DNA of 64,000 nt from Chiloscyllium plagiosum (lineage: Eukaryota), in assembly GCF_004010195.1 (NCBI RefSeq), contig NC_057719.1, positions 87,195,317-87,259,316 of the forward strand, written 5' to 3'. A program made the translations under genes and the position numbers. Numbering within the stretch: position 1 is the first letter of the stretch; every line of letters starts with the position of its first letter. Shown here in pieces: positions 1-10,900 of this stretch. The notes below the pieces were generated by a model. The model worked only from the letters and a program-made list of their open reading frames with translations. It had not been told where the DNA came from and ran no database searches.

Positions 1-39
1 TGGCGGAAATGTCAGCGGATGATTTGGTTTATGCGAAGG

Positions 40-70
<31 letters not shown>

Positions 71-100
71 TACTGTCCTTGTTACGGTTGGAGGGGCTGC
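1..100 (-). mobile_element. Penelope-like element fragment (homologous to 56220-56320)
   Basis: PSNRNKDS...NLRINQIIR matches the 56.2-kb copy. Confidence 0.65.
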
Positions 101-633
101 TTTCAGGTTGCTTTCTATATAGCAGAGAAGGTTGGGGGAACGGATAGAGATGTATAAGATTATGAGGGGCGTGGTTAGGGTGAATAGAATAGGGTTGAAG
201 GATCGATAATGAATGGGCATAATTATAAAGTGAAGGGCAGGAGAGGATTTGAGGAAATGTTTTCCACTCAGAGGATGCTGGGAATCTCGAATGCACTGCC
301 GTGGAGAGTTTTTAAGGTGGCAAACCCACAACCTTTAAAAAGATATTGGACGAGATTTTGAGGGGTCATTACATTCCAGACAATGGACCCTTGTGCTGGA
401 AAGGGGGACTGGTGTAGGTAGGTGAGTGCAGACTCAATGGACCGAAGGGCCTCTCCTGTGTTCTATAACTCATTCTTAAACCAAATGGTTTCCTTGACAA
501 TGGTTTCCTCAACGTCATTCAAACTTCGAATGTTTTCTTCCTTTCCCAACTGTGTAAGCTGCAGTGTCTGTGATCTGGACCGAGGCAGTGCTGTTCCGTG
601 TTTCAAAACATTACGTCACTGTAAAATACTCAC

Positions 634-669
634 ATCAGCATCTTCCAGCAATGTGACAACACGGCCAGG
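634..669 (-). CDS. CHAC1: CHAC1 exon 2 (PGRVVTLLEDAD); the next exon is not found inside the window
   Basis: 36-nt exon, ttcag|CCT acceptor, GAT|gtgagt donor, conserved PGRVVTL motif, phase 0 fits exon 1. Confidence 0.93.
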
Positions 670-1013
670 CTGAAAAACAAAACAAAACCAAACCCAAATA
701 ATTAGCTTGTATACGGAGACAAAAAGGGGCAGCTCCAGGCTGCAAACAGAGTTTGTGGGTCACACTGTAAACAGCAGTTTAGAGCCATCCCATGCAGTGA
801 TGGAGTACAGCCTGTCTCTATGATTCCCTCACACTCTGGGGCCCTGCAGCTGAGCCAGCATCAAGTTCTACCCTGGGCTAGGCAGCATCAGGAGGTGGAG
901 AAGTCGACATTTCGGGTATAACCCTTTTTCAGGGAATACGCGAAATGTTGACTTCTGCACCTCCTGATGCTGCCTGGCTTCCTGTGTACTTCCAGCCTCC
1001 CTTACTTGTCTAC

Positions 1014-1223
1014 GAGGAGAAAGTGAGGACTGCAGATGCTGGAGATCAGAGCTGAAAAATGTGTAGCTGGAAAAGCGCAGCAGGTCAGGCAGCATCCAAG
1101 GAGCAGGAGAATCGACGTTTCGGGCATAAGCCTTTAAAAGGGCTTATGCCCGAAACGTCGATTCTCCTGTTCCCTGGATGTTGCCTGACCTGCTGCGCTT
1201 TTCCAGCAACACATTTTCAGCTC
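1014..1223 (-). mobile_element. Family A palindromic PLE-derived element nested in an older related element (about 880-1270)
   Basis: Inverted repeat centred near 1135; imperfect TSD cttacttgtctac (1001-1013) / cctacttgtatac (1224-1236). Confidence 0.75.
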
Positions 1224-1489
1224 CCTACTTGTATACTTTGGATTCCAGCATCTGTAGTTTTTTTTGTCTCTAACATGTAAAGGATCCCACAGCACTGTTA
1301 TGAAGAACAAATGAGGGAGTTACCCTCAGTGTCATGGTCACTATCAACATCACAAAAAGAACAGATAATCTGGTCGTTATCACATTGCCACTAATTGAGT
1401 AGAAATTGGTTGCTGTTTCCTGGGTTACAGCAGTGATGAGACAATGAGAGTAATTCAATTCCTCTCGGTTAATGAAAGGTCAAGAGTCT

Positions 1490-2032
1490 CTGTGACACCC
1501 CCACAGACACTCCCCACAGAGATGGGACAGGGGTTTCTGTGTGACACTCCCCACAGAGATGGGACAGGGGTTTCTGTGTGACACCCCCCCCCCCACAGAG
1601 ATGGGACAGGGGTTTCTGTGTGACACTCCCCACAGAGATGGGACAGGGGTTTCTGTGTGACACTCCCCACAGAGATGGGACAGGGGTTTCTGTGTGACAC
1701 CCCCCCCCCAGAGAGATGAGACAGGGGTTTCTGTATGACACTCCCCACAGAGACGAGACAGGGGTTTCTGTGTGACACTCCCCACAGAGACGAGACAGGG
1801 GTTTCTGTGTGACACCCCCCCCCCCCACAGAGACGAGACAGGGGTCTCTGTGTGACACTCCCCACAGAGATGGGGCAGGGGTTTTTGTATGACACACCCA
1901 CAGAGATGGGGCAGGGGTTTCTATGTGACACCCCACAGAGACGGGACAGGGGTTTCTGTGTGACACCCCACAGAGACGGGACAGGGGTTTCTATGTGACA
2001 CCCCACAGAGACGGGTCAGGGGTTTCTGTGTG
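1490..2032. repeat. Minisatellite, ~37-bp unit (GTGTGACACTCCCCACAGAGATGGGACAGGGGTTTCT), about 14 copies, CHAC1 intron 1
   Basis: Direct tandem periodicity. Confidence 0.92.
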
Positions 2033-2396
2033 AGCTCCCTGCCCGCCCACCCACAGTGATGGGCCATGTTTTGCAGATTCCTCAAGAACAGGCAACCCCA
2101 TCACTGTGGGTCTGAATTCACGTGTAAACCAGACCAGGAGAGAACAGCAGAATTCCTTCCCTAAAAGATCAGTTTTATAATTGATCATGGTTACAAGGTC
2201 TCAATTTCAGATTGATATCGGATTTGATTCCCAGAACATTAGCCCAGTGACCTTCCCCTTATTCCGTACAGTCTCTGTGACATTGTAGCAGTTCCCAAAC
2301 TCAGGGAGACCCCAGTTTGCAGACCTCCTGGAACTCCCCGCCCAGCTCCCTCTGAGAGAGTCCTTTCAGACATTCCTGATGAACATGTTCACTTAC

Positions 2397-2606
2397 TGCC
2401 CGCCTGTTCCCACGGTGATAGGAGTCTCCCTGCCAGAACCTCCTGCTGTATCCCCGGATAAAACCAATCCTCCTGGAGGTGAATTGAAATCCCGGTTTCC
2501 AGATGAGAGAGCCGTACCCGAAGATCCACACAGGCTGTTCCTGGAGACTCGGGTGATCCTGGGGGAGTGCAGGTCCCTCCACATCCTCACTCACCTGTGG
2601 CGGCAT
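2397..2606 (-). CDS. CHAC1: CHAC1 exon 1 (glutathione-specific gamma-glutamylcyclotransferase)
   Basis: WIFGYGSLIWKP...GYSRRFWQGD.YHRG is the ChaC signature; ATG at 2606; donor GCA|gtaagt at 2396; adjacent to DLL4 as in mammals. Confidence 0.92.
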
Positions 2607-2629
2607 CGGTGACCAGTGCAGCCTCACTC

Positions 2630-3160
2630 CTCACTCCCCTGTCTGTCTCTGACAACCTGTCCCCCTCACTCCCCTGTCTGTCTCTGACAACCTGTCCCCC
2701 TCTCTCACTCCCCTGTCTGTCTCTGACAACCTGTCCCCCTCTCTCACTCCCCTGTCTGTCTCTGACAACCTGTCCCCCTCTCTCACTCTCTGTCTGTCTC
2801 TGACAACCTGTCCCCCTCTCTCACTCCCCTGTCTGTCTCTGACAACCTGTCCCCCTCTCTCACTCCCCTGTCTGTCTCTGACAACCTGTCCCCCTCTCTC
2901 ACTCCCCTGTCTGTCTCTGACAACCTGTCCCCCTCTCTCACTCCCCTGTCTGTCTCTCACTCCCTCCATACTGATCCTCTGACAATGCTGCACTCCCTCC
3001 ACCATGACCCTCTGACAATGCTGCACTCACTCGATACTGATCGTCTGACAACCTGTCCCCCTCTCTCACTCTCTGTCTGTCTCTGACAACCTGTCCCCCT
3101 CTCTCACTCCCTGTCTGTCTCTGACAACCTGTCCCCCTCTCTCACTCTCTGTCTCTGACA
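2630..3160. repeat. Minisatellite, 39-bp unit (CTCACTCCCCTGTCTGTCTCTGACAACCTGTCCCCCTCT), immediately upstream of the CHAC1 ATG
   Basis: Direct tandem periodicity. Confidence 0.92.
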
Positions 3161-3404
3161 TAATCTCTGAAACACTCACTCTCTCTCTCTGACACTCTCA
3201 CTTTACCTGTCTCACTCCGTCCCTCTCCCCGTCTGTCTGTTTCTCTCTGTGTGCATGTATGTGTGCTTCTCTGTCTGTGTGTCTCACCCACTCTTTCTGT
3301 CTCTTTTTCTCTGTCCGTCCTTATCCTTATCCTTATCCTTATCCTTATCTCTCTCCCGGCCCTGTGTGTGTGTGTCTGCCTCTCTCGACGCTGTCTCACA
3401 GTTT

Positions 3405-3535
3405 CAGTGGGCGGGTTGTTAATGCAACAGTTGACCAATCAGTGTTTCCTTGGGTGAGGTTTAGATTTAGAACTTACCAATCAGTGAATGGGTCCTCCAG
3501 GGAATGAAACACCTCGAAGAAATTGCATCAGAACC
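3405..3535 (-). promoter_or_regulatory. Putative CHAC1 promoter: GC box (3409-3414), two CCAATCAGTG boxes (3435, 3477), ATF4/C-EBP AARE ATTGCATCA (3522-3530)
   Basis: Motif cluster in a short unique island upstream of CHAC1; CHAC1 is an established ATF4 target. Confidence 0.6.
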
Positions 3536-3589
3536 AGCAGGAACAGATAGAGGGAGAGCGAAGTTCAGACAGAGCGAGCTGGGGAAAGA

Positions 3590-3910
3590 TTTCTTCCCGT
3601 CTACTCTGTCCATGCCCCTCTTAATTCTATCCATCTCAATCATGTCCCCTCTCAATCTCCTCTGCTCTAAGGAAAGCAACCACAGTCTATCCAATCTCTC
3701 TTCATAACTGAAACTCTCCAGCCAAGGTAGCATCGTGGTAAATCTCCTCTGCACTGTCTCCAGTGCAATCACATTTCTCCTGTAATATGGATCCCAGAAC
3801 TGCACACAATAATTTCGGGGCATTTTATTCAGTTCTAGCATCACCTCCCAAGCTCTTACATTCGACACCCCAGTTAATAAATGCAAGTATCCCATATGCC
3901 CTCTTAACCA
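3590..3910 (-). mobile_element. CR1-clade LINE 3' ORF2 fragment
   Basis: YCVQFW.PYYR...LETVQRRFT..LP.L.SFSYEERL..L.L.SLEQRRLRGDMIE. Confidence 0.8.
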
Positions 3911-4229
3911 TAGCTACCGAGTAAATCTCTTTTAAATTGAAAACAAAGCTGCTCTACACTGTCTCCATCAAACACTCCCAGGACAGGGACAACACAGGGT
4001 TAGATGCAGAGCAAAACTTCCTCTACACTGTCCCCATCAAACTCTCCCAGGACAGGGACAGCACGGGGATAATAGAATGAGACTTGCAATGTCTTGCAGG
4101 TCCAGTTGATGCTCACACCCAGTGTAACTGAATGAACATTAATGAATTTAAAACCAGAGTAATACTCAGCGCAGAGTGTGTCTAGGGTGAGGCCTGACCC
4201 TGAAGAATGAAGGACACAAAGAGGCAAAT

Positions 4230-5111
4230 TTTGGAGCAGAAAATGATTTCATTGGACAAAAAAATAAATTCAAACTTTGCCAAGGAGTTAAAACCATGTG
4301 TGAAGTGATAAGTGTATTTACATGTGAAGACATTTATAAATATACATTATATACAAAATAATTATATAAAAGTAGAAAGTTCAGTGCTTCACATTTAAAT
4401 TAATTATGAAATACCCAACCTTAACAAAAATAACATTATCAAGGGATCATAATGGGGCTGTCTGTATTTGAGACCCTGCTGTCTGTCTGCTTCACATGAA
4501 GATGTTAATCCAGTCTCTGGGTCGAGGGAGTCAGTGTGTGATCTTGGCTTAGTCCAAAGTGCCCCTGCCTGGGGCTTATCTCAAATCCAGGCCCTGGGCT
4601 ACCTCAGTTGGTGTGAATGAGGAATTGGGTGCCTCAAGGTTAGAAAATGGTTCTGATACAATTCACCTGCCCTTCTGAAATAATAAATAGAGACCGGGCC
4701 ATGCATCAGGCTCCCGGGCCTGTATGCCTTCACAAATACAGCAGCATCTCCAAGTGAGAACAGTGGTGTGAATTCATGTAGTGTCACTCAGCGTGGTGTC
4801 CCTGAGGTCCTGGATGCACCCTTGGAGCTTTCCGTTCATTCCACGACCACGGCTCCCAGCCAATTTCCTGCTTTCTTCCCCTAGCAGCCACCCGTTGGGC
4901 TGAAGGGTTGGTGGAGTTAATCGCCAAGGGCACCATGCCATCCAGAGAATCTGAGAGGCAGAACGTCACCCTCATCGCACACAGGCCCCAGTCTTCAGCT
5001 CCTCAGACCCAGGAGCAAGTGGTGAATAAATAAAAGAGCAGTCCCACTTTGTGTGAACAGACAGGGTGGGAGAACCTCTCGACAGACTGTCAGCTCTCCT
5101 GCATCAAGCAA
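4230..5111 (-). other. DLL4: Probable DLL4 3'UTR with AU-rich and Pumilio elements; 3' end approximate (variant poly(A) signal AATGAA at 4253-4248)
   Basis: Unique non-repeat sequence after the stop; several ATTTA motifs; TGTAAATA (4322-4315) and TGTATATA (4355-4348) on the minus strand. Confidence 0.6.
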
Positions 5112-5117
5112 TTAAAC
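5112..5117 (-). CDS. DLL4: DLL4 exon 11 coding part (GTT TAA; completes the C-terminal PDZ-binding motif ITEV*)
   Basis: Polypyrimidine tract plus cag|GTT TAA; the same Val-stop final exon as in vertebrate DLL1/DLL4. Confidence 0.85.
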   Translation of the reverse strand, partial: V

Positions 5118-5250
5118 CTGCACAAAGAGAGGCAGAGAGAAAGGGTGGTCATTTCCAATGCTATCACCTCTCCACTGGGTCAGACCCCCCCCCCCCTCAG
5201 GGACTGTCATGTCCAGGTTATCAGTCATAATGCTGAGGCTCCTCAGTGCT

Positions 5251-5546
5251 GGATTAGATTAGTTACAGTGTGGAAACAGGCCCTTCGGCCCAACAAGTCC
5301 ATACTGACCCGCCGAAGCGCAACCCACCCAGATCCATTCCCCTACACCTAACACTACGGGCAACTTAGCATGGCTAATTCACCTGACCTGCACATTTTTG
5401 GACTGTGGGAGGAAACCGGAGCAAACCCATGCAGACACGGGGAGAATGTGCAAACTCCACACAGTCAGTCGCCTGAGGTGGGAATTGAACCCGAGTCCCT
5501 GGTGCTGTGAGGTAGCAGTGCTAACCACTGTGCCACCGTGCCGTCC
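5251..5546 (-). mobile_element. HE1-type tRNA-derived V-SINE
   Basis: tRNA-like head (GTGGCACAGTGGTTAGCAC...GGTTCAATTCC), V-domain TGTGGAGTTTGCACATTCTCCCCGTG, TCTAA-repeat tail. Confidence 0.8.
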
Positions 5547-6382
5547 AATTAGGATTCATCATCTCACTGAGCTACTCTCTGACATAGCCCCGGCCATTCA
5601 AACTACACAAACCTTCCACTCAGAGACAAGCCAGACGCTGAGTGACAGACCTTCCCCACCCAGCCCACACCCTCCAGGGACAGTGTCGCTCGGCTCCCCA
5701 CTCCAGGCTTTCAATAGATGAAAGTGAATGTTCTCGCCTAACTCAGTCTTCACCCCTCAACCTCGTCCCAGACTCACAAACCCCCCAACCCCTCTCCCTC
5801 CTGCCCCACCAAGGGACCCTCTGACCCACCGCCACCATGGGAACCTCTCCCCCTCCCCCTCACCCACCACATGGCCCTTCCCCCTTTCCTTCTCCCACCA
5901 TGGGACACTCTCCCACCAAGGGACCTCCTCCCTCTCCCCCTATCCCACTAAGGGACCCTCTCCCCATCACCCTCCCNNNNNNNNNNNNNNNNNNNNNNNN
6001 NNNNNNNNNNNNNNNNNNNNNNNNNNNNNNNNNNNNNNNNNNNNNNNNNNNNNNNNNNNNNNNNNNNNNNNNNNNNNNNNNNNNNNNNNNNNNNNNNNNN
6101 NNNNNNNNNNNNNNNNNNNNNNNNNNNNNNNNNNNNNNNNNNNNNNNNNNNNNNNNNNNNNNNNNNNNNNNNNNNNNNNNNNNNNNNNNNNNNNNNNNNN
6201 NNNNNNNNNNNNNNNNNNNNNNNNNNNNNNNNNNNNNNNNNNNNNNNNNNNNNNNNNNNNNNNNNNNNNNNNNNNNNNNNNNNNNNNNNNNNNCCCCACT
6301 GCTGGGACACTCTTCCTCCTCCTCCTCTCCCCCACCCATGCTGGTTTCCAGCAGCCCCCCTCAGCAGTGAATGTAGTTTTAC

Positions 6383-6491
6383 CTCAGTGATGATATCGTG
6401 CATCCTGCCCTCACTAGTGCGGTACACAGGCTGGTACATTAAGCCCCGGGCACTCGAAACTGTGGATATTCTGCACTCTGGCTGTTGATGA
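6383..6491 (-). CDS. DLL4: DLL4 exon 10 (HQQPECRISTVSSARGLMYQPVY...IITE)
   Basis: PECRIS...MYQ.V motif characteristic of the DLL4 C-terminus; 109 nt; ttttag|T acceptor, GAG|gtaaa donor. Confidence 0.93.
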
Positions 6492-6619
6492 CTAAAACAA
6501 AACACAGGAAGGAAATCAGGTGAGGGGATGGAGTCAGAGACAGCAGGAAGTTAGCTTCCCCTTCAGTCACAAGCAGAACCACTCCCCTTTGAAAGCTAAG
6601 GGGTTTGAGCACAGCAGTT

Positions 6620-7500
6620 TAATTCAGATAAATACGAGATGTTACATTTTGGTGCGGTCACAAGTCACATAACACCCGGGTATAGGTTCATTTGAAATCG
6701 CAAGCTTTCGGAGTACAGTTCCTTTGTCAGGACCTGGTTTCAAATAAACCTGTTGGACGCTAACCTGGTGTCATGTGACTTCTGACCTTGTCCACCTCAG
6801 TAAGACAAACCAGGTCAGGACTTGCACAGTTGATTGTAGGGCCCTGGGGAGTGTTTCCGTTTAAGGAGACCTAGGGACGCAGGTACATAGTTCCTTGAAA
6901 GTGACGTCACGGTAGACAGGGTGGTGAAGAAGACATTTGGTACATTTGCCTTCATTGGTCAGAGGATTGAGTACAGGAGTTGGGATGTCACATTCCAGTT
7001 GCACAGGACATCGATGAGGCCACATTTGGAGTGCTGTGTACAATTCTGGTCGCCCTGCTACAGGAAGGATGTTATTATACTGGAAGGGATGCAGAAAAGA
7101 TTGACAAGGATGTTACTAAGGTTTGAGTTATAGGGAGAGGCTGGATAGCCTGGGACTTTATTCCCTGGAATATAGGAGGCTGAGGGGTGACCTAAAAGAG
7201 GTTTATAAAATCATGAGGGACATAGATAAGCTGAATAGCCAAGATCTTTTCCCTATGATAGGGGGTCCAAAACTAGAACGCATAGGTTAAGATGAGGTGG
7301 GGACAGATTGAAAGAGAACTGGTGGAGGAGGGGGGGTTACTTTTTCACACAGAGGGTGGTGCATATATGGAGTGAGCTGCCAGAGGAAAAAGTTGAGGCA
7401 GGTATCGTTACAACAGTTAAAAGACATTTGGACAGGTACAGGGATAGGAAAAATTTGGATGAATATGGGCTGAAGGGCTTGTTTCCTATGACTCTATGAG
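6620..7500 (+). mobile_element. CR1 LINE 3' fragment, with a degenerate family-B insert at about 6655-6800
   Basis: RPHLECCVQFWSPCYRKD...; FFTQRVV..W.ELPE; ACTCTATG tail. Confidence 0.8.
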
Positions 7501-7909
7501 GCTAGTGTTGGACTCTCAACAGGCAAAAAGAGTCCACCCATTGGGTCCAGACGGGGTTGGGGGCATGCTATTCAGAGCTGGACAAAGACCCAGTACCCAT
7601 GGTTCTGGTATATAAAAATCAAGTCCAAATATCGACTGAGGGTGGGCAGATACGGTGCCACATTATTAGGGTGGGTAGACAGAGATAGGGAGAGACAGGA
7701 CTAGGATGACAATCATGGTGAACATGAGGGTATGGCTTTTAAATGACCACCATGAGTGAGAGACTGACAGAATAACATTATACTTCTGGGACATTGCTAC
7801 AGAAGTGAACTCAGCTCATTAACTGATTCTGAAACTGCATGGAGATCCACTTTGTCTCATCACTTCAGTAACTGCTCGAATGAGAGCTTACTGTTAATGT
7901 GGACCATCT

Positions 7910-10900
7910 GAAAGTGCAGTACTGCCTCAGTACTGACCCTACCATAGTGCAGCACTCTGCATGCATCCAGCTTCAATAGTACAACACTCCCTCTGCATCA
8001 ACTCTCCAATTACGGGGAGAATGCAGGTAAGTGGAGTTGAAATGCCCATCAGCCATGATTGAATGGTGGAGTGGACTCGATGGGCCGAATGGCCTTACTT
8101 CCACTCGTATGTCTTATGATCTTATGGTCTAAACTGTGCATCTGTCCCTAAGTACCAACCCTCTGGCAGTGCCGCATTAACTCAGTAATGCCCCATCTAA
8201 CAATACTGCACTCCCTCAGTACTGACTCTCTGATAGTGCAGCACTACCTCAATATTGACCCTCTGACAGTGCAATGCTCCCTCAGTACTGACCCTCTGAC
8301 AGTGCAGCACGAGCTCAAAACTGACTGTCTGACAGAGCAGCACTCCCTCAGTAATGACACTCTGACAGTTTCATAATCCCTCAGTACTAGCCCTCCGACA
8401 GTGAAGAATTCCCAAAATATTGAAATTTGACATTGCAGCACTGAGTCAGTACTGGTTGTCCCATGTGCAATGCTTCCTCAATACTGACCCTCTGAGAGCA
8501 TGGCGCTCCCTCAATTGACAGTGCAGAGCTTCCTCTGTATTGATCTTCTGATACAGTGACAATGTGGCACTCCCTCATTACTGACAGTGCAGTACTCCTT
8601 CAGGACTGACCGTCTGGTAGTGTTGCACTGCCTCAGTATTGACCCTCCGACAGTGCAGCACTCAATTACTAAATGACCCTCCAACAGTGTATAGTTCCTA
8701 CAGGACAAAACCCATAATAAGTGCAGTACTCTCTCTAAATTCAGCCTCCAATAGAACAGCACTCTCTCACAGCATCAACCCTCAATGCATCAGTCCCTAA
8801 AACCTGACTGTCTGGCAGTGCCAAATTAACTCAGTAATGCCCCACCATCAATGCAGCACCCCCAGAGTACTGATCCTCTGACAGTGCAGCACTCCCTCAG
8901 TACTGATACTCTGACAGTGCGGCGCTCCGTCAGTACTGACACTCTGACAGTGCGGCACTCCCTCAGTACTGATATTCTGACACTGCGGCACTCCCTCAGT
9001 ACTGATACTCTGACAGTGTGGCCCTCCCTCAGTTCTGACCCTCTGACAGTGTGGCACTCCCTCAGTACTGACACTCTGACAGTGCTGCATTCTCTCAGAT
9101 CCATCCCTCTGACAGTGTGGCACTCCCTCAGTACTGACACTCTGACAGTGCGGCACTCCCTCAGTACTGATATTCTGACACTGCGGCACTCCCTCAGTAG
9201 TGACACTCTGACAGTGCGGCACACCCTCAGTTCTGACACTGACAGTGCGGCACTCCCTCAGTACTGACACTCTGACAGTGCGGCACTCCCTCAGTACTGA
9301 TATTCTGACACTGCGGCACTCCCTCAGTACTGATACTCTGACAGTGTGGCCCTCCCTCAGTTCTGACACTGACAGTGTCCCTCAGTACCGATACTTTGAC
9401 AGTGCGGCACTCCCTCAGTACCGATACTTTGACAGTGCGGCACTCCCTCAGTACCGATACTTTGACAGTGCGGCACTCCCTCAGTACCGATACTTTGACA
9501 GTGCGGCACTCCCTCAGTACCGATACTTTGACAGTGCGGCACTCCCTCAGTACCGATACTTTGACAGTGCGGCACTCCCTCAGTACCGATACTTTGACAG
9601 TGCGGCACTCCCTCAGTACCGATACTTTGACAGTGCGGCACTCCCTCAGTACCGATACTTTGACAGTGCGGCACTCCCTCAGTACTGACACTGACAGTGT
9701 GGCACTCCCTTTGTACTGATACTCTGACAGTGCGGCACTCCCTCAGTACTGATACTCTGACAGTACTGACACTCTGACAGTGTGGCACTCCCTCAGCACT
9801 GACACTCTGACAGTTTCGGTATTCCCTTATTACTGACCCTTCATCAGTGAATCAATCACACCCTCAGTAATGATGTTCTGACGGTGCAGCATTGTCTCAG
9901 CACTGACATTTTCACAGAGCAGAGGGTCACCCTAAGTGCTGACTCTACATCTCTGCAGTGCTCCCTCAGTATTGACCCACAGACTGTGCAGTGTTTCCCT
10001 CAGTCCTGACCCTCCAACAGTGCAGCACTCCCTCAGTACTGACCCTTCAACAGTGTTGCACTCTCTCACGACTGAACCTCCAATGTGCAGCATTCCTTCA
10101 GTACAGAAACGGTTGCAGTGCAGCACCTGCTTAGCACTGATGCTCAAACAGTGCAGACCTCCTTCAGTGCTAACCCTCTGAAAGTGCAGCAATCCCTCAG
10201 TATCAACTCTTCGACCGTGCAGCACTCTCTCATTACTGACCCTCTGACAATGCCTCACTGCCTCAGTACTGACCCTCCAACACTGCAGCACTACTTCAGT
10301 ACTGACCCTCTAACAGTGCTCCCTCAGTACTGATCCTTTGACAGTAGAGTGCACATTCAGGACTGAGCTTCTGGCAGTGTCGCGCTCCCTCAGTCCTGAC
10401 CCTCTGACAGTACAGCACTCTTTCAGTGCTGTCATTCTCACAGTGCTGAAATCAATCATTCCTGACCATCCAACAGAGTAGCATATGCTCATTTTAGACC
10501 CCTGAGAGTGCAGCACATCTTCAGTGCTGACCCTCTGAAAATGCAGCACTCCATCAGTACTGACCCTTCGGTAGTGCAGTGCACAATCAGTACTGATCCT
10601 CTTACAGTGCAGCACTCCCTCAGTACTGACCCACCAACAGTGCAGCACTCCCTCAGAATCGACCCTCTTACAGTGCAGCACTCCCTCAGTACTGACCCAC
10701 CAACAGTGCAGCACTCCCTCAGTATTGACCCTCTTACAGTGCAGCACTCACTCAGTACTGACCCACCAACAGTGCAGCACTCCCTCAGTATTGACCCTCT
10801 TACAGTGCAGCACTCCCTCAGTACTGACCCACCAACAGTGCAGCACACCCTCAGTATTGACCCTCTTACAGTGCAGCACTCCCTCAGTACTGACCCACCA

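Noticed and set aside
43..70. G28 run / poly-proline ORF
   Set aside because: It replaces a mixed sequence of about the same length in the homologous PLE copy at ~56246-56275, so it is probably a base-calling or assembly artefact.
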